Positions 46,514-61,004 of a stretch of DNA of 64,000 bases are shown one piece after another (position 1 is the stretch's first letter; each line of letters starts with the position of its first letter). Under the pieces are notes generated by a model, which was given only the letters and a program-made list of their open reading frames with translations, was not told the origin of the DNA and searched no databases. Source of the stretch: Amphiscolops sp. MND2022 (taxonomy: Eukaryota). A program made the translations under genes and the position numbers. The stretch covers positions 20,524,001 to 20,588,000 of the forward strand of contig OZ076409.1 in the NCBI GenBank assembly GCA_964187785.1, given 5' to 3'.

Positions 46514-49500
46514 CCAAAATAGCTATGGCTCAGTTGGTGAAGGCGAACAGGGCGGAAAATATCACGGTGCTTAGCAGGCGTCTTGTATCAGCTTCAGCTG
46601 TTTGGCTGATAACGCTTAAAAACTCAAATGAAACTGAAGGGTATGCAGAATTCAATAAAAGTCCCGGTCAAAGTCATTTCACAAAATAACACTTCTACAC
46701 GTTCACAGAACATGCATTGCTTTTGCAAAAGGCAAAATTGCATCTCTTTTAAGGGTGAAAAATCATATGCTCCGACATTCTTTCCTGATTCCACTGAGTA
46801 TCATTTCTTCTTGTGAGATGTGGGCATACGGATCCTACCGCAATGTTTTGGTAGTGTTTGCCGGAACAATAAAAAAAATTCTACCAGCAAAATTTAGACA
46901 AATATTTTGTAAGAGCTTTCATGAACTCGGATAATTCGAACTCAATTTTTACTCGTAGAGTTTCCAAAGACCCTGGTTGGAAAACCTGTATGCCAAAACT
47001 GAGTTTAAATTACCTGAACTCAGAGAAAAAAGTTTTTCCCCTCTCATTTTTTCCGTAACGCACATTGAACAAATACTGGCATTGGTGATTTTTTACCAAA
47101 ATCAGGGTCATAACTTCAATATGACCAATGTTGAGATGATATATCATTTTGCCACCATTGCATTCATTTGGATTCACATGCATGGTCCATGTTGTTTCTC
47201 AGATCCAATGAATGACTATGTATGGTCTAGCGTTTCTGTGCAATATTGAAATGAATCAAAAATTAAAATAATACGTTTTTCTTGAGTTCGAAAATAGGTT
47301 AACTTTTTGTTGAAAACTGAATCAGCTGATGTGAAGAAAATTTGGTATTATATTTTCTAAAAGTTTCAAAAATATTCAAACAACTATGGCAAACTTGAAT
47401 AATTTGTAACTGACATGTTTGGATACAAATGAACATCTGTGTTATTGATTTTGATAAAGAAGCAAATGAAAAAGTGGTATAAGGTTTGTTAGGTTTCCAT
47501 CAAATTCCATCAAGATTCTGAGAAACGTTTGCTGCTGTGACACTTCTGTCAAATTGATATCAAAAATTTTGGGGAGCTTTGGAAATTTGTGCTTGTAAAT
47601 TCAAGTGGCTTCGAATTTTTGTACCCTATAGTATGATTTGACTACCATGACAGTGATCAGTGGCTCTTGTCAGAAATCTTTTCGTGAATTAACAACCTAA
47701 CAAAATAAATTTCTAGAGGCATGTCAAAAATCATCGCTTGTCATGAACTAAATGTATTTGAATCGTTTCCCATATGCCGAGCGCCGTGTATAGGAAATGT
47801 TGAGCAATCCGGGGACAGCTGAAGTTATTAAGGAACCGGTTATGGTCTGAAGCTTGCGGAAATCATTGACGCTAGGTCTAGACATTGTGATAGACCACTT
47901 GGCTAACGGTGCAGTTGACCGACTGTGTAATTGGCCGACAAATTTGGGCTGAAAATAGCTAGGCGCTGCAATTGAGTTTAGTAGTTCAAAAAGAATGAAA
48001 ATAGGATTCCAATACAAATAATTTCAGATTGATATTTGATTTTTTTGTATCAAACAAATGTTTTTCGTTTTAATGGCAAGGCAACTTTTTTCCAACATTT
48101 ACTGTCAATAGCTATAGGACACTATGCTGGTGTAAGGCTATCAGTACTTTCCACTGGGCCTGGAAATTAATAAAAGTTTCTATGCCTGATGACAGGGCTT
48201 GTGAAGAAGGAGTACGTGGGTTCGAGTCCCAGGCTAGTGCAAAGTTTTCTGTGTGCAATTTTACGTCTGCAAGGTAAACTAACAGAAACACTTACCAAGC
48301 TTTACGACAGCCTGGTTGACAACTTAGTGACAAATTTCAAAACTGATTTTTCCAGGAAAGGCACTTGCAACAACCACTACTCAAAAACCTTCAATGGATG
48401 ATTTGCAACTATTTTTAAAGGAAAATTTAGCTTGCGTTACTCTGAATGAGTTTCGGAAGTCGGTGAAGCAATTGTTGCATCTTTGACTTTACACTTTTTC
48501 TGTTTCACAAACATAAAGTAACTTTAAAGTTCTAAAGCGTGACTAAAGGAGTCAACTTGGCTGTCTCGATGAGGGGCAGCGTGGTTGATCTGCTAAACCA
48601 AACGATAAGTCCAAATCCTTGCGTCCACGGTAACTTTCTTAAGCAAAAATATCGAAACCACATGCAATATAACAAATTGACGTTGGAATTTCGAAACAAT
48701 ATAAAATCAGTTGCTCAACTCCAAAAAAGCTCTTCTGGCGAATTAGCTGAATTGACTGTACGAGAAACCTCCAAGCTTTCGTTTTCTTCAAAACTTGAGT
48801 AGCAAAGTCGACCGATTTGGATCTCTACTTGGTTGGGTCTCTTTTGTAGGAGTTAACTCTGGTTACTTTAGCGTACAGGAATTACCTCATGATGGATGTT
48901 TGTGGTTAAATTTACCATCACCATACAAGCGTCTTGATATATAGAATAAGTTGAAACGAAATATTCATCTGGGTTGTTGTTACACACCAAATTATGTAAA
49001 AGTATATATAAACAAGACGGGACTTCTAAAGTCGGCGCTATATCTAAGGCTCAAAAAGCGCAAAAGACTTTTTTTTGAAAAAAAACAGAAGTTTTGTCAT
49101 TTTGTTTTCAGAAATGTCGAATAGTGTCAAAAAATATAAAAAAGGGGACCCTTTGAGCTTTCTTAACATTTTATTCTGCAAAATATCAAAAAACTCGAGA
49201 TCGGGACTCTTTTGAAACTTTAAAAAATTTTCGGAAAAAGTCGCACAATGCCGAAAAAAATCGAAAGGGGGACCCTTTAGTCTCGTCCGGTTTTGTAGGT
49301 TACCTTGAAAAAGTAAAAAATGAAAGGGGGGACCATTTTGCTTTAGTTTACGCTGACCGGACATGGCCTTATGGGAGTAATTTTAGTAGTTTCGGTTGTA
49401 AGAAAAGTGGACCAATCAGAGTGAGATTGTAGTCTGACGAAAAAAAGAAAAAAAACTAGCCACTGTAATAGTTGGCCTCTTTTCACTAGAAAAGCGCTGA

Positions 49501-52134
49501 CTAAAAACACACATATGGGCAAAATTAAGGCATACATTTACAAGCGATATTTGCTGTTAATAACTCAGGGGGATTCGCAAATAGTACTGGTGGGTCCTCT
49601 GAACACCCACGTTAACCAAATAAGGCGCAAACAGAGAAATACTTACCGAAAAACAGAAATAATCACAGAAAAAGCACAAGTTCCATAAAAGGGTCCAAAA
49701 TCAGGTCAACCAGAAGTGTTTCAAAAATTTTTTTCTCTGATTCTAGTGTTTTTTGGATTAACTAATTGATATGGTCAAAAAAAGGGGCGATACAAAAAAC
49801 TATGGTCAATTTCCAAATATTCACGATTTTACAGCACTTTGTTTAAAGCTAATCTGACGTATTTTTCGCAAAAATTTTTAAATCTCATTTGAGGCGTCAA
49901 CATGCAAAGTATGCGGAAGACCAAACGGCCCCCTTTGGGATTTTTTGACCCTGTGCATTTTTTTTAAAAATCATGTTCTACTGGGAGTTTTTCCATCATT
50001 TTCAGCAAGGACAAAAGATTTTGTGCTTCCGGAAGGTCCCCGTACGTTTTTTTGACACTGTGCGACATTTTTCCGTATAAAAAAGTAGTTTAATCGAAAA
50101 GCTTCTTCCTTAAAGCTTTCCTCATGAAATTGAGTTTTGAGTTCTCACTTAGAGAAAAGCGTTTTCCTTCCTAGTCTCAAAGATGCTTTTTTAGTTATTT
50201 GTCGGTACCGTGAGTGAAAATCATCACATTTTTTGTAATGTCGTAACAGCCTTTGTCTGCTGCCGACTTGGGCGGTTCCCAATATATTTTTTTCCAATTG
50301 AACCATTATAATTACGAAAGATTGACGCTTTTTCCAATGAGGTTTTGGCAAGAAGATGGTCGTTGAAATATGTAATTTGAATTTGGCATTTTGGAACTCT
50401 ATATGCATGAATTTGGTTTCAGATCTGAAAAGGTTACTTTTTCTTAACCCAAAAATAGCTGTTTAAAATAGTTCGAATCTTCTCAAAGGTGTCTTGCAAC
50501 AGTATACAAAAAATATTGCAGCGTCACTTCACCTTTTGCTCTTATCAAGTTTAACATTTTGTGGCGAGAAAACGTCATAAGAAATTATATATTTCCTATT
50601 TTTTTCCTGTTGTTTCACCTTAGTTCATATTGTATGCGCATTTGTCACTTCATAAAAGCTTCAAGCTTTTCAAAATGCTGTTCTGACATTGTTGAAGTCT
50701 TTCAAGAACGCATTGTGAGAAGAAAATATTTTCACATAGATGGGCATCAAATTCTGACTTTTAGCCTATTTCTAGCTCCAGTCATCGTAATGCATCCACA
50801 ATCACAAAGTTTTTAATGACTGCATTGTTAAAATACATTCGCAATTTGAGACAAAATTCGTGTCTTTGCTCCCAACTGAAATTATTTTTACAAACCAAGC
50901 GAGGGAGGAGGACACTTTAGCGAATGAAGCATTGTTCCAAAAATATGTCGCTTAGCTGCGAAAAAATTCAAAGGTAGGAAACGTATAATTATGGGTTGTT
51001 TTTTTCAAATAGATTTCTGGAAGCCAATTGCGACAACTGGAAGTATATACATGGAAGCATACGACACTCCGTTTGACACGTAAATAATTAAAATACTAAT
51101 TCATCAGGATTGCTTTGTTCGGTTGGGCTGAAGCTGAAGTGCAGAGAAGGCTAACAATCAAACAAAAGGGAAGAAACGAAAACTCCAAATTGCACAATTG
51201 AAGAATGTTTTGGGAAACCATTAGAGCAGATAACCGATACTTGTTTATGACGTCATCAAAACAGAACTATACAAGTGCCCCCTCTTATCCTCCTCGTACC
51301 CGCTGAAAAGAATCCAATTTGCAAGAGAACCGTTTGAAAACGTGAACTTTGTATATTTAGAAAGATTATTACCGGGTTCTTCTCAGTACCAGCCGCCCAC
51401 CCACACGTTCGAAATTAAAAACATGAAGTGTATTCGATATTTTTCAACTTCATTATTCAACTTGAAGAAGTACTGTGAGTGCAGATAACAAATTAACCTC
51501 ACATAATGCGAAAAATAATTGAAAAAATTACAGAAAAGGAATTGAAAAAAATGTACTGAGAACTTTCGAGCTTCTTGAGTTGTAAAATAGTTGAAAAAAT
51601 TGTCATAAATTAGTAGGTGATTGTATGATTTTATGTGTGTCGTCAAGATGGGGGGGTTGTCAAAGTTTTTTAGTGTAATTCATTGGGTAAAAATTAATTT
51701 TTTTAAAACGAGTGACGGTGGGGAAGGAAAAAGAGCCAAAAAGTGGTTGATTATGGCTAGTCGTCACAACAAAATACTGCCGCCAGAAAATGTGCTTTGA
51801 GACGTCTTTCAGCGGGTTATAACCCCAGATCGTCAGCATCAGAAAGCTTGCAAAATATTCCATGTAACGTAGGTCTTAAACGGAGAGCAATAGCAACGCT
51901 GAGATGCTATGCTTCCGGGTCTCATTAATGAATATCTGATCTGGAGAGCAAGATTCCAAGCCTTTGCTCATCTCATTGCGAAGGACTATTCGACATGCAC
52001 CGTGATTCAGTTCAAACAACTCTTTCTATGTTTTTCCTCGAACACTTATCGATGATTTTCCAAGAAACGTTGTCCAAGAAAGGAGGTCCAAGAAAGGTCG
52101 TTCCAAGAAAGAGGCCCAGGAAAGGATCCGTTAC

Positions 52135-52231
52135 CATCTCTTGGAAGTATCAAAAAAGTTGCCATTAAAGATTGCTTTGGTGTAAATGTCGAACAAAGAC
52201 ATGCTCAAAGGCACTGGGAGGGTGTATAAAC
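52135..52231 (-). CDS. Candidate ion channel exon (loop F/beta9 of the extracellular domain)
   Basis: Acceptor TTTCACTTCAG|, donor G|GTAAC; only one fully open frame, GLYTLPVPLSMSLFDIYTKAIFNGNFF, resembling the LxLPQFxI motif. Exit phase does not match the next known exon. Confidence 0.45.
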
Positions 52232-53614
52232 CTGAAGTGAAACTGAACTGATGTCAAAAAGCAGCTGAAAAATTTTCCCCCAATTAGTGTGCAAAAAACG
52301 GGTCCTAAAACAAAAAAACAATAAAGTTAAAATGTAACCGGTAGTGGGGCAAAATCTTTTTTTTTTGTGAATTGGGCGAATTACTTTTCTCGACCCTTGA
52401 TAAGTGAAAAAAGCTAAAAATTCGTGAATTTTTCAGTCACAGATCCCTAGGAAGTAGTTGTTCTCTTATGCATCGTGTTTTCGTTCAGTTTCCACCCCTG
52501 AGGCCTACTACGTTCTTTTGGCGATTTTTCAGTTTCACTGGTTTGTAGAGTGTCAACATTTTCAACCAACACGTCGAGTTTTAGTGCAAATTAATAAAAA
52601 AAGAGAAAATTAATCGAAATTACAGTATATTCAAATAGAATTTGGCCGAACTGTTTTCGACAACTGTGGGGAAACGGAAAAAATTCATGTAGTTCTTTTT
52701 TTTTCAACCTTTCAAAGTGATAGAATTCACGAAGGTAGCAATCCTCAGTTGAAGAAGATATTTTTTTCTGTTGCCCGACAGCGACAGTGAAGAAGACAAA
52801 ATATGTAGACACAAAGAAATGAAGAGAAATGAAAGACTTGACAAAAGCTTATTTTGTAGATCAAAAGACTTTTGTTTGTTTGAAGGGAAGTTCAATGAGC
52901 TCCCAGTAATTTGGGTGTCATTTCTTATGGAATCGAGTGCTTCTTGAAGTAATTGTGATGATTTTCAATAGAGGGATTTGTTTCAGACAAAAGAAATTGC
53001 GAATTGGGAAGTAGCGTAAGAGGTAGCAATATACTTAATTATGGAAAATGAGGAATCAGAAAATAAAGAGCTCTAAATTTTAATCACGTCAACTGTTGCT
53101 CCTTCCAATTTTTTTGTGAATGATATAGATGTATTAATTCTGTAATTTTGGGAAATAAGTGTAATCGGTACAATCCCCCTCCGAATCTTTTCTTATTCGT
53201 GATAGTTCAAAATACTCCTATAGGCCGCTAAAAAATAAACCCAATATATATTTTTTAAAAACAATCAGCCTGGTTAAAGATTTCTAGAGTTAAGAAGAGA
53301 GACACACTTCAATTACACCAATGGTAAACCAGCTTTCACAAGAGCTTATCATAGTTGAACTACTGTTAGCCGACTAAAAGAAACAAAATTGGGTTAAGCA
53401 GTTAACAGAACACCGTATAAAAATTGAAAGTTTCTGAAAAAATGTCTAAAAGTAAAGCAAAAATTATTAAAGTAAATAAGAAAAATGCATTGTAGTCACA
53501 AAAAAAGCTTCAATTGTCGTTGAAATGCCAGTTTTTGAACAACAATGCCAGTCTAATCGCTGAAAATTTGACTATCGCTGCAGATCACGTATATTGTCGC
53601 CGCAGATCGCGTAT

Positions 53615-54826
53615 CCCGTACTGACACTCCAGTGGACTTAAGTCCTTGCCAGGACAACTCAAGGATTCCAAGTCCTTGATAGGATAACTCAAGGATTCCA
53701 AGGACTGCCAAGGATTTCCCCAGTTTTCGAAAATTTCGCAAGTTCTTACCAGTCCTGGTGCAGTCCTTAGCAGTCCTTGAGAAATTTCGATGAAAAATTC
53801 GAAGTTGCATTATGGGCGCGGCCATTTTGAATTTGAGTAGGAAAAACTTAGTTGCTTGTATTTCCTATCGTAAAACTTTGGCTTTCAGAAGGTTCTGTTT
53901 TGTATCGGAATCTTTCAGTTTGATTTTCAACAGTTGCTTTCCTTGATTTGATGTTCCGATCCGGGCAATTTCTTGTACTGCGTGGTCGGTGTGAGTAGTT
54001 TGGTGGTTTTTTGGTATGCGGTCAAGATCTATAAAAAAGCTATATTATAGCAAGTGACTCTCTGGATTTGTCTATAATTTTTAGGTCACTTGCTATAAAA
54101 AAATTATAGCAAGTGACCGTCTATAATTTCCCTAATTTATAGCAAATGACCTGGTCCTGCTCGTCATAGTCACGTGACCGGTAAATGGTCACTTGGCTCA
54201 ATGCCATTTGGCTTAAAGTCATTTGGCCTAATACAATTGGTCACTTGGCTTAATTTTTTTAAGCTAAGTGTCTCGGGTATTGGTCACTTGGCTAAAAGTC
54301 CTTTGACTTAAAACCACTTAGTTGAAAACACGTGGCAGATTTTGTCGAATTTATCTTTATAACGTAGTCAGCGCATTATTATAACATATTGTGAATGGTG
54401 CTTTTTTATGCAGGTGCTTGTTGGTAGCCCTGCCAGTATCGACTTTTCTTCGACAGTTTGCCCAGTGAAATTAATAAAAAACAAGTATTTTCGAAATTAT
54501 TTTATGATTATTCGACGAGAGACTATTTTTCACGATTTTCGTAAGGTAACATACTGAAAAAAACTTCTTCCCGCACCCAATTACAGTTATTCCAACTATA
54601 TTTAGCACCTATTTGGCCCTTATAAGCCCTGAATTGGTTTTGGATTTTTTATGTGTTCCAGTCCTGGGCAGCGTATCTCCAGGATTCCCCAAGACTGGTA
54701 AGGACTGGTCCAGGACTTGTAAGGCTAAAAGTGGCACTTGTAAGGACTGGTCCAGAACTTGACAAGTCCTTACCAGTCCTTGGGAATCCTTGGCAGTCCT
54801 GGAATTCAAAATTTTGTCAGTACGGG
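53615..54826. mobile_element. Non-autonomous DNA transposon (CMC/EnSpm-like MITE)
   Basis: Perfect 12-bp TIR CCCGTACTGACA / TGTCAGTACGGG; flanking AT on both sides (2-bp TSD); arrays of subterminal AGTCCT/AGGACT motifs at both ends. Confidence 0.8.
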
Positions 54827-57684
54827 ATAGAATTTCAAAAATCCTGACTGATAAGTGTTTCCGGTTAAACGGTTATGCATGATTCGATCGATTGGAGTAT
54901 TTTAACGCTTAATCAAACGAGACGCCCGCTGAGAACTGTGATGTCTTCCGACAAGAATATATTCGTCATGTTCCTAAGGCTCGCGCGAAACGGCCACGAA
55001 CTGGCAAAAAATACAGAAATTTTGAAACGCTTGACTTTGGTCTAAATTCAAACTTTTCCGAACACATCGGCATTACATCTACGAGAGTTAGTTGAGTGGC
55101 TGATTGCTTCGTTATTATTTTCCGCTCATATTCAATTTGGGAAAGGAAAATATTTAATCAAACGGTTTATATTTACCTCTAAGGGTGTTACCCATAGAAA
55201 TCAACTCAAATAAAGTTAGCTTCGTGCGATTTGTATTTACCGAGGAAATTGGGGAACTTTTTTAGTTGAACCCAAGGACCCAAGATTCACCCAATAATGA
55301 CTCCAAAAACAAGACAATTTGCAAAATTTCCAATTTTTGATGTTTCAATGCAGTTTTTGTCAATTTTTCGATAGATATCATAAATTGGAGTGTTGAACAC
55401 GTTCGACAAGACACATATTCGTTGTCCACTAGGCTTCTATGAAGAGATAATTTCAGTTTTCTGAATGAAAAATGTCTCACCACCGAAAATGACAAAAACC
55501 GAAAAATTCCCAATTTTTATCAACTTTATGAAATTTTTGCCAAACTTTTGTTAGACTTCGTGGATCAAAGAGTTGAAAATGCTCAACATGGCACTAATTC
55601 GTTGCACAGTAGGCTTTTACGAAGAGATAATTGCAGTTTTCTGAATGAAAAAGGTCTCAAATTGACACCGAAATTGACAAAAAACGCGAAAATTTCCATT
55701 TTCAATTTTTTTGCAGTTTTCAATAAATTTTTGACAGACTTCGTAGATTGGAAAAATGAAAAGGGTCAACACGGAAATCATGTGTTGTCCAGTATGCTTA
55801 GTGAAGAGATACATACAGTTTTTCAATTAAAAACTGTCTGGAAATGACATCGAAAAAGACAAAAGTTCAAAATTTTTACGAGTTCCAACATTTTTGTTCA
55901 ATTTTGCTCAAACTATCGATAGACTTCGTGGACGAGAAACCCCTAAACAATAAGAAAACTTGTTGTCAGTGGACATTCGGCAGGAGATGAGTTCAATTTG
56001 TAAAAGAGAAATGCCTCAAATTGACTCTGAAATTGTCGAAAACGTTTTAGTCATTTTTGATGCAATTTTCGTTTCTGTGATTTTCCGAGAGATTTCGTTA
56101 TAAGCTCCAACACAATCAAAAGCAAAAAAAACGAGCAGTGCAATACATTTTTTAAGGAGAATGTTGCAGCGTTTTGCTTCAGAAAACACTTCAGAATGAC
56201 TCGGAATGAGTCGAAAAATTTCAACATCTTCGATTTTTGCAACTTTCGTGTACTTTTTGAACCCTTTCGGAGTCAGAAGGTTGGCAGATTTATAACAAAG
56301 AATGAACTCATAATCCAGTAGGCCTTTAAAAAAATATTTGCAAACTTCGGTGGAAAAATGGCTCAAAAGTGATAACAAAAAGTAGAAAATAGTCGAAACT
56401 TTTGCCGATTGCCAACATATTCAGTGAATTTTTTTTGAGATTGAAAAAATTCAGTAGTTTAAATGCTTTGAAAAGCTACAGATACTAAAATTAGTTCAAC
56501 AGCACGTTTTTTGAAGAACAATTCGCATATTTAATGGAAGAAAGTTTCCTCAGAATGACCCAATTAATGCAAAATCAGAATTTACCAGTTTTTTTTACAT
56601 TTTTAGGCAGCTTTGTACGTTTTTTGAACTACGTCTTAGCATAAAAAGTTCTCAAGATTCAACAAAGACTAATTCTGTTATGCAGTAGGATAATTTGAAC
56701 AAATAATGGCAGTTTTTTGCTGGATTTTGGGCCTAAAAACACCACAAAATCCATGAAACAACAAAAAACCTGGGTTTTTGACAAACTAAACCCATTTGTT
56801 GTTCAAACCTCGATCTTCCCTTGTGCTGATCGTTCGAACAATAGGGTAATAAAAACGCAACTGAGGGAAAAAAGTGGATTGAAGTTCATCGAGTTCTCAA
56901 CAAAGGTGTTAAAACTTGCGGATTTTCTCATTTTTCAACAACGTAGTCCAACTTTTCAAAAATTTACTTCAATGAGAAAATCCATACGCTCAGGATTGAC
57001 ACATGTAGCTACCGGTAGTGTTTCAAAAAATACCAGACAAGTTTATTCGCTTAACTTTTGAAAAAGTTACTTGAAAATGTAATTTTAGAACTTATTTGTC
57101 AAATATTCAATATTTAATAAGCATCAAGCAAAATCACTAGATATGGAGTACAACTTCCGAAGTAAATTGTTTAGAGCTACTTCGTGGGTAAGAATGGTGT
57201 AAACATTCAACAACTAGTGAACTCGGTGTCTAGTGGGTTTATTTTCAAAGAGACATCTGTAGATTATAATAGAAAAGTTCCTCAAACTGACGGTAAATTT
57301 GACGACAATAATTCCAATAATTGACACTTCTGGTGAAACAATGTGCAATAACATAACAAACCGGGACCGCCAGAGTTTCCTAAACTTGCATTTTCCTGAC
57401 CAGGACCTATTTTCTTGCTTTTATCATTTTCTCAGTGCCAAAAATCACCCCCAAGAAGTACGCCAGACTCGGAAGCCACATTTTCCCAACAGGAATAAAA
57501 AAACTCTATTTTGTAAAACTTTGTTTGGTAATTTTCCGTGATGGTTTCAGCTCGCAAAGCTACTTTTCTCGAGCCGAAATTAGCTATGAAAGTAAGGGGG
57601 TACTCTTCGAGCAAAAGAAAGTTTCGGAAAGACGCACAGAGCCGAAAAAAATCCTGAAATGAGGTCTTTTCCACAATCAATAGG

Positions 57685-58378
57685 AACAAGCCGGGACCGG
57701 CCCAAGTCGGCGCCATATCCAAGGCTCAAAAATAGCAAAAAGACTTCCAAGTGTCAAGTATTCGTTTACAGTAGTCGAAACTCGAAAATTTTTCGAAAAT
57801 TTTTTTTTTGAAAAAATTACATACTAAAAAAATGGACCGAGTGGCGCGCCGGGGCTCGCTACCGCGAGCCCCTGGCGCGCTAACGTCTCACAATGCCGAA
57901 AAACTGAAAAGGGGGACCCTTTGAGGTTTTTCAACATCCATTCTGTCGCAAAACATGAAAAAATTGAAGAAAAAAATTTTTTATTTTCGGGAGAAAATCT
58001 CACAATGCCGAAAAAAACTGAAAGGAGGAACCCTTTGGGATTTTCCAACATCCATTCTGTCGCAAAACATCAAAAAAAATGCAGGGGGACCCTTTGCGGA
58101 AAAAAAATTTCGAAAAAAAAATCCGAAAAAAATGTCTCGCAGTGCCGAAAAAAAATGAAAGGGGGGACTCTTTGGTCTCGCCCGGTATGATATGTTACGC
58201 GGAAAAACAGGTAAATTCATTTTGGTCCAGTTCGCTAGGCCAAATGGTGCTATTTGACACCATAATATTTTGTAGAACTTTTAAGAACTATTTTGGTCAG
58301 TTCGTGTGGATTGAAAAAAAAAAAAAAGAAAAGTCACTATAATAGTCGCGTTTCACTTCATGAAGCGCCGACTAAAAA
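57685..58378 (-). mobile_element. HINE-like family A, complete copy, near-identical reverse complement of 33096-33782
   Basis: Same termini, subrepeats and GC hairpin in the opposite orientation. Confidence 0.8.
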
Positions 58379-59461
58379 TCATTAGTTCCACATGATCAAA
58401 ACTAACAAAGAGGTTACCCTCAAGACTCGGGAAACTTAATTCTTTTAATGAAATTCTCATTGTTTTCGAAAGCTTTTTCCAAAAAACGTCTTCACTCTGT
58501 AACTCGCATAGTGCCGAATAAAAAACTAAAAGTGACCGGCTATCGCAGAAAAAAAAACAAGCCGGGAACGACCCAAGTCGGCGACATATTAAAGGGTCAA
58601 AATTAGCTAAAGGACTTCAAAGTGTCAGGTATTCTCTTTTACAGTACCTCTAATTTTTTTCGTATTTTGTTTCAATGTTTTTTTGGTCTCCGGTAAGTTG
58701 CATAGTGCCGAAAATGTAAAAGGGACCTCAAAAAGCCTGATTAACCTCTATCTCAAGTGCTAGTAGAAGTAGTGTAGCAGTTAGTGTTAGTGCAAGTTAG
58801 CTTATAAAGCTTAGGAAATCTGTCACTTCGTTGGTCTTAAACAAAGTCACTGGTATATATAGTTTTCGTTTTTTACGGAAAGCGCCGACTAAAATTTAGG
58901 TGATTCTTTAAAAAATGGGCTAAGATGAATCAAAGCTTTTTTTTCTTCGAACTTCTTGGCGTTTTTTAGTGCATTGGCTATTCTTGAGTCCTGATTTTAT
59001 GTAGTTGTAGAACAGTTCGAGGCGGAAAATATCTCGCTGCTCAGCGGGCGTCTTGTTAGAAAAATTGTTGCATCAAGCGTTAATGAACCGAGTCAAGTTC
59101 TTTTTCCGTAAATTCAATATTCCGTTAGAGAGACTCATGAAAAATTTTCTCATTCATAATTATCTCAAGCAATCCTACTTTTCTAATTTTCTCTGAGTTT
59201 CAAAACAAGAGATTGCATACGAAAGTTTCTGAACAAATTTTGATTGACACTCTTTTCCATCAAATGCATGTCGAAGAAGTATGCGTTTCGCCTGCAATAT
59301 CATCTGTAATGTCCTTCGACTTGGGCCATGTTTTCAGTTTCTCTGGAGTAAGAAGTCGACGGGATGTTTTCTACGTCGATTCGATTGTTTCGGTGTATCG
59401 TTCTATTGCGTTCACGGTTTTCCCAGTCAACGAGTCAGTTTCTAAGACAAATTCCTTGTCA

Positions 59462-60112
59462 TTTTTAGTCGGCGCTTCATGAAGTGAAACGCGACTATTA
59501 TAGTGACTTTTTTTCTATCCACACGAACTGACCAAAATAGTTCTACAAAAGTTCTACAAAATGTTATTGCACCAAATTGCACTATTTTGTCTAGCGAACT
59601 GAACCAAAAAGATTTTTCCTGTTTTTCCGCGTAACATACCATACCGGGCGAGACCAAAGGCTCCCCCCCCCTTCATTTTTTTCGGCACTGCGAGACTTTT
59701 TTTCGAAAAAAAATCCCCCAAAGGGTCCCCCTGCATTTTGTTTGATGTTTTGCGACAGAATGGATGTTGAAAAATCCCAAAGGGTCCCCCCTTTCAGTTT
59801 TTTCGGCATTGTGAGATTTTTCCCGAAAATGAAAATTTTTGTTTTCTTCAATTTTTTCATGTTTTGCGACAGAATGGATGTTGAAAAACCTCAAAGGGTC
59901 CCCCCTTTCAGTTTTTCGGCATTGTGAGACTTTAGCGCGCCAGCCCCGGCGTGCCACTCGGTCCATTTTTTGAGTATGTAATTATTTCGAAAATTTTTTT
60001 TTCAAAAAAAATTCGATTTTCGAGTACTGTAAAAGAGAATACTTGACACTTGGAAGTCTTTTTGCTATTTTGAGCCTTGGATATGGCGCCGACTTGAGCC
60101 GGTTCCGGCTTT
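59462..60112 (+). mobile_element. HINE-like family A, complete copy
   Basis: TTTTTAGTCGGCGCTTCATGAAG start and GGCGCCGACTTGAGCCGGTTCCGGCTT end. Confidence 0.75.
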
Positions 60113-61004
60113 TTAGAATTTCTCTCTGGTTAGTCTCTGTTTCCTCTCATCTTCTGCTGATTGATTTCTCGTTGGTTTTCGGGTTGCCATAATGGCCCAG
60201 GTAGCAAGAGGGCTAATTTTTAGCCCGAAATTTTCCGAAATTTTTTTCTTTCCAGCACTCAAAGTGCGTGAAAGATGACTATTTCACTAGTCGTTGACTT
60301 TTTTTTATAAATCGATACATACTTAATTTTAGAGTAAATATCCGTTCGTGGATAGTAATCCATGAAGTAAAGCTTCGGTCAGAACATTTCATCCATGATC
60401 ATCTGTGGCATCATGATTTATCATCCATGATCATCCATGAATCATGGATATCTTTACTTAATCATGGATCATGGAATGATTCTCAGGTTGGTGAACCCAT
60501 GAATCATAGGTCAATCACGAATGGAGGGCAATGACCTGTAAGCCTGTGTAACGCGAAAAAATTTATTAATACAATGTGATCATCTAAGTTTTTCGTTCAA
60601 ACCAACCTACGGAATTCAGATTACAGAATTGGACCGCGGAACCGTTTGTTGATTTCTATAAAAGAATTCGTCTGAATGCTCTCAATAAAGGGGTTATAAA
60701 ATTCATTCCAGAGGAGAAAACAGACAATTTGGTCCTGATTACATCTTTTTCACGATTTTTTATCATCATCTTTGTTCTGGTTGCATATCGAAGCCTGAAA
60801 AGACAAGATAAAACTGGCATAAATTTATAATCGTTGTGGATATTTTTTATAAAAAGTGAAGAATCACTCCATGTTTTATGACTGAAATTGACTAAATATG
60901 AGCAGCAAAAGCATTTTCGAAAATGAAGACCTGTAAAAACTTTTTATCGCATGTCATTTTCGATTAGTTCAAACAGCAGTATTTAAAAAAGTACGAGAGA
61001 CAAT

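Noticed and set aside
59250..60200. Minus-strand coding-like fragment (MATRKPTRNQSAEDERK...DKEFVLETDSL) split by a HINE insertion
   Set aside because: Contains stops and has no recognisable family.
60690..60794. Possible further channel exon after acceptor TCTTTTCAG (LRYATRTKM...)
   Set aside because: No Cys-loop motif or convincing donor; the remaining N-terminal exons could not be located in the window.
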